This document shows positions 59,696-64,000 of a stretch of DNA of 64,000 nt, one piece after another; within the stretch, counting starts at the first letter, position 1, and every line of letters starts with the position of its first letter. Origin of the DNA: Eledone cirrhosa (Eukaryota); NCBI GenBank assembly GCA_964016885.1, contig OZ024742.1, positions 46,190,001 to 46,254,000 of the forward strand. Reading direction: 5' to 3'. The notes beneath the pieces were generated by a model. The model searched no databases. It was not told where the DNA came from and saw only the letters and a program-made list of their open reading frames with translations. The position numbers and the translations under genes are program-made.

Positions 59696-60082
59696 TAAAC
59701 GGAATAGAAAATGCTGACAAATTGTTCACAGTTGAAAAATGGTTTAATTAGGAATAAAAGAGTATTAGTGATTGTATGGGTTAGTATTCAGTTGTGGTTT
59801 TAAGTTTTTAAGTTTTTACCGGTTGCGCATTTCTAAATGCTTTTCAAAAATAATTTTGAGATAGAGTGTCCGTGCTGTTTGCTCTGATCTGCAAACAGCA
59901 CGGACACTCTATCTCAAAATTATTTTTGAAAAGCATTTAGAAATGCGCAACCGGTAAAAACTTATAAACTTAAAACCACAACTGAATACTAACCCATACA
60001 ATCACTAATACTCTTTTATTCCTAATTAAACCATTTTTCAACTGTGAACAATTTGTCAGCATTTTCTATTCCGTTTACCAAT
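59691..60082. repeat. Near-perfect 192-bp-arm palindrome between (TA)n tracts
   Basis: Arms 59691-59882 / 59891-60082, spacer TCTGATCT, one visible mismatch. Confidence 0.95.
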
Positions 60083-60116
60083 ATATAATAACTTGTGTGT
60101 TACACCTCTATTCTTT

Positions 60117-60161
<45 letters not shown>

Positions 60162-60703
60162 AATGGCGCGTTGCAAATGGGATACATATAAATAAAATTA
60201 GAGCAGAAGATAAGGCGTCCGTCATCAGTGATCTTCCAGCCGTCGTTGGTATTTCTTCGCATTAAAGATCATATACCTCTGGCTGGTGCGAGCAATAACT
60301 AAAAAAAATTATTGGAACACATAGAGTAGGGTGAAGCGAGCGAGACATGTAAACAAACAGAGATGGTAATGCAACGGAAAGAGAGGAAGAAGAGAAACAA
60401 GTCCGTGATATCTGTGAACTTAAGTTCGATCAAATCATGGACGAAAGACATAGACGCGTCCGAGCCATGTGAGATGTAAGCGAGAAAAGGAATTCACACA
60501 GGTCAGACGGGAGGGAGTGAGAGAGGTGGAGTAGCAGAGAGTGAGTGATTGAAAGTGTGAGGAAGAGGCCAGCTGAGAGAGAGTGACTGGCAGAGGGGGT
60601 GAAATGAAGGTGAGAGATACAACAGGGGGAGAGAAAGAGTATAGCAGTAAGAAAGAAACAGACTGGTCAAGCGGAGGGAAAAATATAAATGAAAAGTGGC
60701 GTG

Positions 60704-60798
<95 letters not shown>

Positions 60799-62679
60799 AA
60801 GATTGAGGAAAAAACGCGACCGAGTTTACGACATTTTAATATTTAACAAGAGACAAAATATAGCCACGATAGTCTCATTTTCACCTACTATTAGATGTAA
60901 ATGAATGTATACGAGTTTTGTAACAATTCAACACTATACAGAACTAAAAGAATGAAACGGTGGTCTAAAACAAAGTAACAACAACAACAGCAACCAGACA
61001 CCTTTCAATGTAACATCTTTGTTATTATTACGAAATATCGTATACTAGACAGAATTAAAAAGACGGTAATAACACGTGGATGTCATGAATGATGTCTATG
61101 TACATGATAAATGGTAAAAGTAATACAAATATCGCATGTAAAAGGCAATTATGAAATACTTTAGGTTAGTTATTTGAAAGTTGTCTTTCTTATCAATCGA
61201 CTGATTTGTATGATAATAGAATAAGCAACTTTTTCTAGAGTGGCAGCAATGTGTTAGGTATTTAAAGTGTTTAGATCATAGAAAGGATGAATCAACGTGT
61301 GAGCCATAATAACCAGGTATTCACTTACGACTCAATAAAAATAGTATCTAGGAATAGATTAAAGGTTATAAGACTGTGCTACTTTCAACTTAACTTCTAA
61401 CAATACGCGAACAAGTCTATACTAAATCTTGGTCAACTTTGGACAGATTTTTAACTTCAGTATAATTAATAAGCAAGAAATTTGATCGTAGGCCAGATCT
61501 ATACAATTTTTGGCAAACAAGAAGAACGTTCACTCTTCTAATTTAACAACCTTTGTACGTGCCTAAAAATATATTCTCGACTCTCCATGCATGACTACCA
61601 ACCATCAGTGCTTATGTCTTTCTTATTATGAACGGATTAATAACTAGTTATTTGTTCTGAACCGAAGATTTGTGTTCTTTCTATGAGCGTCTGTAATAGC
61701 TATTGATTCGCAGTACTTCACTTTAACTCTTTTGATGAAGAGCCAGAATCTCTGTTAAACTTACAATTCGTTGTCATTTTTATGGCTAAGGATATGTTTT
61801 GCGGGTAGATATAACCGTCTTCATGTTTTTATGAAATATCTTACACACGTCAGAGTTCATACATGGCGACTATAAGCTAGAAAAGCCGATCATCGATATA
61901 AAACTAGATTTCTATCCTATGTTATTTATTTGTGGTAATTCTTGCAGCAGATATACATCGACATGGCATTAATAGTTCTACTACAACTCCAGTTACATTT
62001 GCTTTTACATATCAAAGAAACATTTCCGTTACATTTAGTAATTCTGCGTTCAGTTTTTAACACAATTCTGTGCTAGCAGAGATTTTTTCGATGTTTTATC
62101 AGTCTCATTATTACTGCAGATGTAAAATTGAATGTAAGCTGATGGGCATCGATTAGCGGTGCCTAGCTGGCTGAAATATATACATTCTTCGTCATTTTAG
62201 CTGCATTGAAGAACAATTTACTGGTATTGTTCAGACTCTAATATATGTTGTAGCCACTAAGAAATGAAACTAACCCCAATAGATGGTAGGGCAAATTTGT
62301 TATTAATACTTTATATAGACATATTAAGAAATAATGATAAGAACTGATTATCAAATATAATTCTAGCTTTAGGTTAATTGCTGTATAAACATGAACTCTG
62401 CAGCTCAAATCCCATAATACATTATGTTGATTTTAATATTTTCACTCCCCTCCACTTTGCTCTCGTTAATAACAAATTGGTTTACTCACTTCTAATCAAC
62501 GTTGGTCTTTATGTTCATTACTTCATTAGGAAACACTTTCTATATATTATTCATAATTATGTGGGCGTGTTGTAGGAAAAGTTCTGTAAACTAATGATCA
62601 TATGGTATTTATAATTATGTAGGCGTATCGTAAAAATTGATTTATAAGAGTTCTGTAAACTAAAAACTATGTATGGACC

Positions 62680-62793
62680 TGTAGCTCCTGATGGAGTCGT
62701 AGTGGCGCAGTCATGACATACGGCGTGTCATGAGTATTTTAAATATGGCGGAGCCCATCCCCTGTTAACGTCTGAGCACAACCAATTTTTTTC

Positions 62794-62829
<36 letters not shown>

Positions 62830-63000
62830 GTGATATACAGGAGGAATTGGCTCCAGTACTGGAGTGATATTTTTTTATCGACCTCGAAAGGATAAAAGGC
62901 AAAATTGACCACGGTGGGATTTGAACTCAGAGCGCAGAGAGCCGGAACGAATATCGCAAAGCATTCTATCCGACGTTCTAACGACTCTACTAATTCACTG
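62680..63000 (-). mobile_element. SINE with extended 3' module
   Basis: Reverse-complement homolog of 20381-20680. Confidence 0.8.
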
Positions 63001-64000
63001 GTTACTGACAACAATATTCAATAACAAATGGCGCCCCATTTTCTCAGCTTAAGTAAAGGAAATAACTCGTTTACTACGTAATAAATCAATTGTTAAAAGA
63101 AGGCTGAATAACTGAATTCACCTCCTTTAAATTATGTTATCGCAAAGTAATTTGTTTTAGATTAAGTCGCTCCGTTGGCTTGAACGTTCTCTTTGAAGGG
63201 CATGGTTAAATTAGGAGTGATGGTCATGAGAGGACTGAAAAGTATTTCACTACCACTGCCCCAGAAAGAAGCATCTCTTTGAGAAATGATATTACCATGG
63301 AAAGAAGAATGAAAGCTGACAGCTTTATTGAGGTTAAGATATTCACGTAAGTGCAAATATATGTACTTTAATTTCACTAGACACCTTCTAACAGGAAAGA
63401 AACAAAGTGTCTTAACGTATAAACTTTGACAGATTTTAAGATGTGTTGGGTTACATGGCAACATGAATTAACATAGCGTAATTATTAAGTCTCTTGAATC
63501 TAAAAAAAAAAAGAGAATTAGGATTTTATGATTTAGTCAAAGGAAGAAGGGCAGTGCATTGAAGTTTTAAACAACTCACGGCTCCTTTAATTAGATATTG
63601 TATTCAATGGAAAGGTGATGTATTCACAGGAAAAAACTAATGTAAAATACGAAAGAAAACAAACTATAAACTATGCTAGAAGTTTCTCCTTTGTTGAAAG
63701 TAAAGAGAGTTGAGACAAAGGAAAAATTGTTTAATTACTTTGATGCTGCTGCTCCAAATATAAACCATGTGATGTGTGGAAATTGTACACAAAAACAAGC
63801 AAACACAACTGATCGTTATTATACTTGTAACATTGTTTTCATATAAAGTATAAGTGTTTTTATATAAAGTATAAGTACATTCTCGTGGCCTCTGATTTTT
63901 TAACCTTATCTGAAGCCATTAAAATAGATTTGATAAGGGCGTGACGTAACAACTGCAGTATAGCGTAACAACTGTAGTAGAATGTAACGTAACATCGTCA

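Noticed and set aside
60900-64000. Unique-looking sequence with short ORFs (e.g. 63162..63464)
   Set aside because: No recognisable domains or repeat structure; nothing supportable without a homology search

Overview
AT-rich animal DNA with no recognisable host gene; the tRNA-derived SINEs and (TA)n/(CA)n load resemble an octopod cephalopod (inference). The window is almost entirely transposon-derived. It holds Penelope-like elements (PLEs: a near-intact Neptune-like RT+GIY-YIG copy with a 5' inversion, a decayed sister copy, and Naiad-like and Poseidon-like fragments), Tx1/L1, R4/Dong, CRE and RTE LINE fragments, a DD37D maT transposon with an in-frame internal deletion, non-autonomous Helitrons, hAT MITEs and many SINEs. 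The main signal is non-coding: about 20 type I hammerhead ribozyme (HHR) motifs, intact or decayed, from a dozen or so unrelated 0.3-0.6 kb units, mostly inserted in (TA)n tracts as partial tandems and fold-backs. The clearest case is a young, nearly identical 467-bp HHR monomer present as about 2.9 + 1.8 copies joined head-to-head at an octamer motif (33830-36028). This looks like a retrozyme/pseudo-LTR circular-RNA system probably mobilised by PLE proteins. All structures were folded by eye; activity and novelty are untested.
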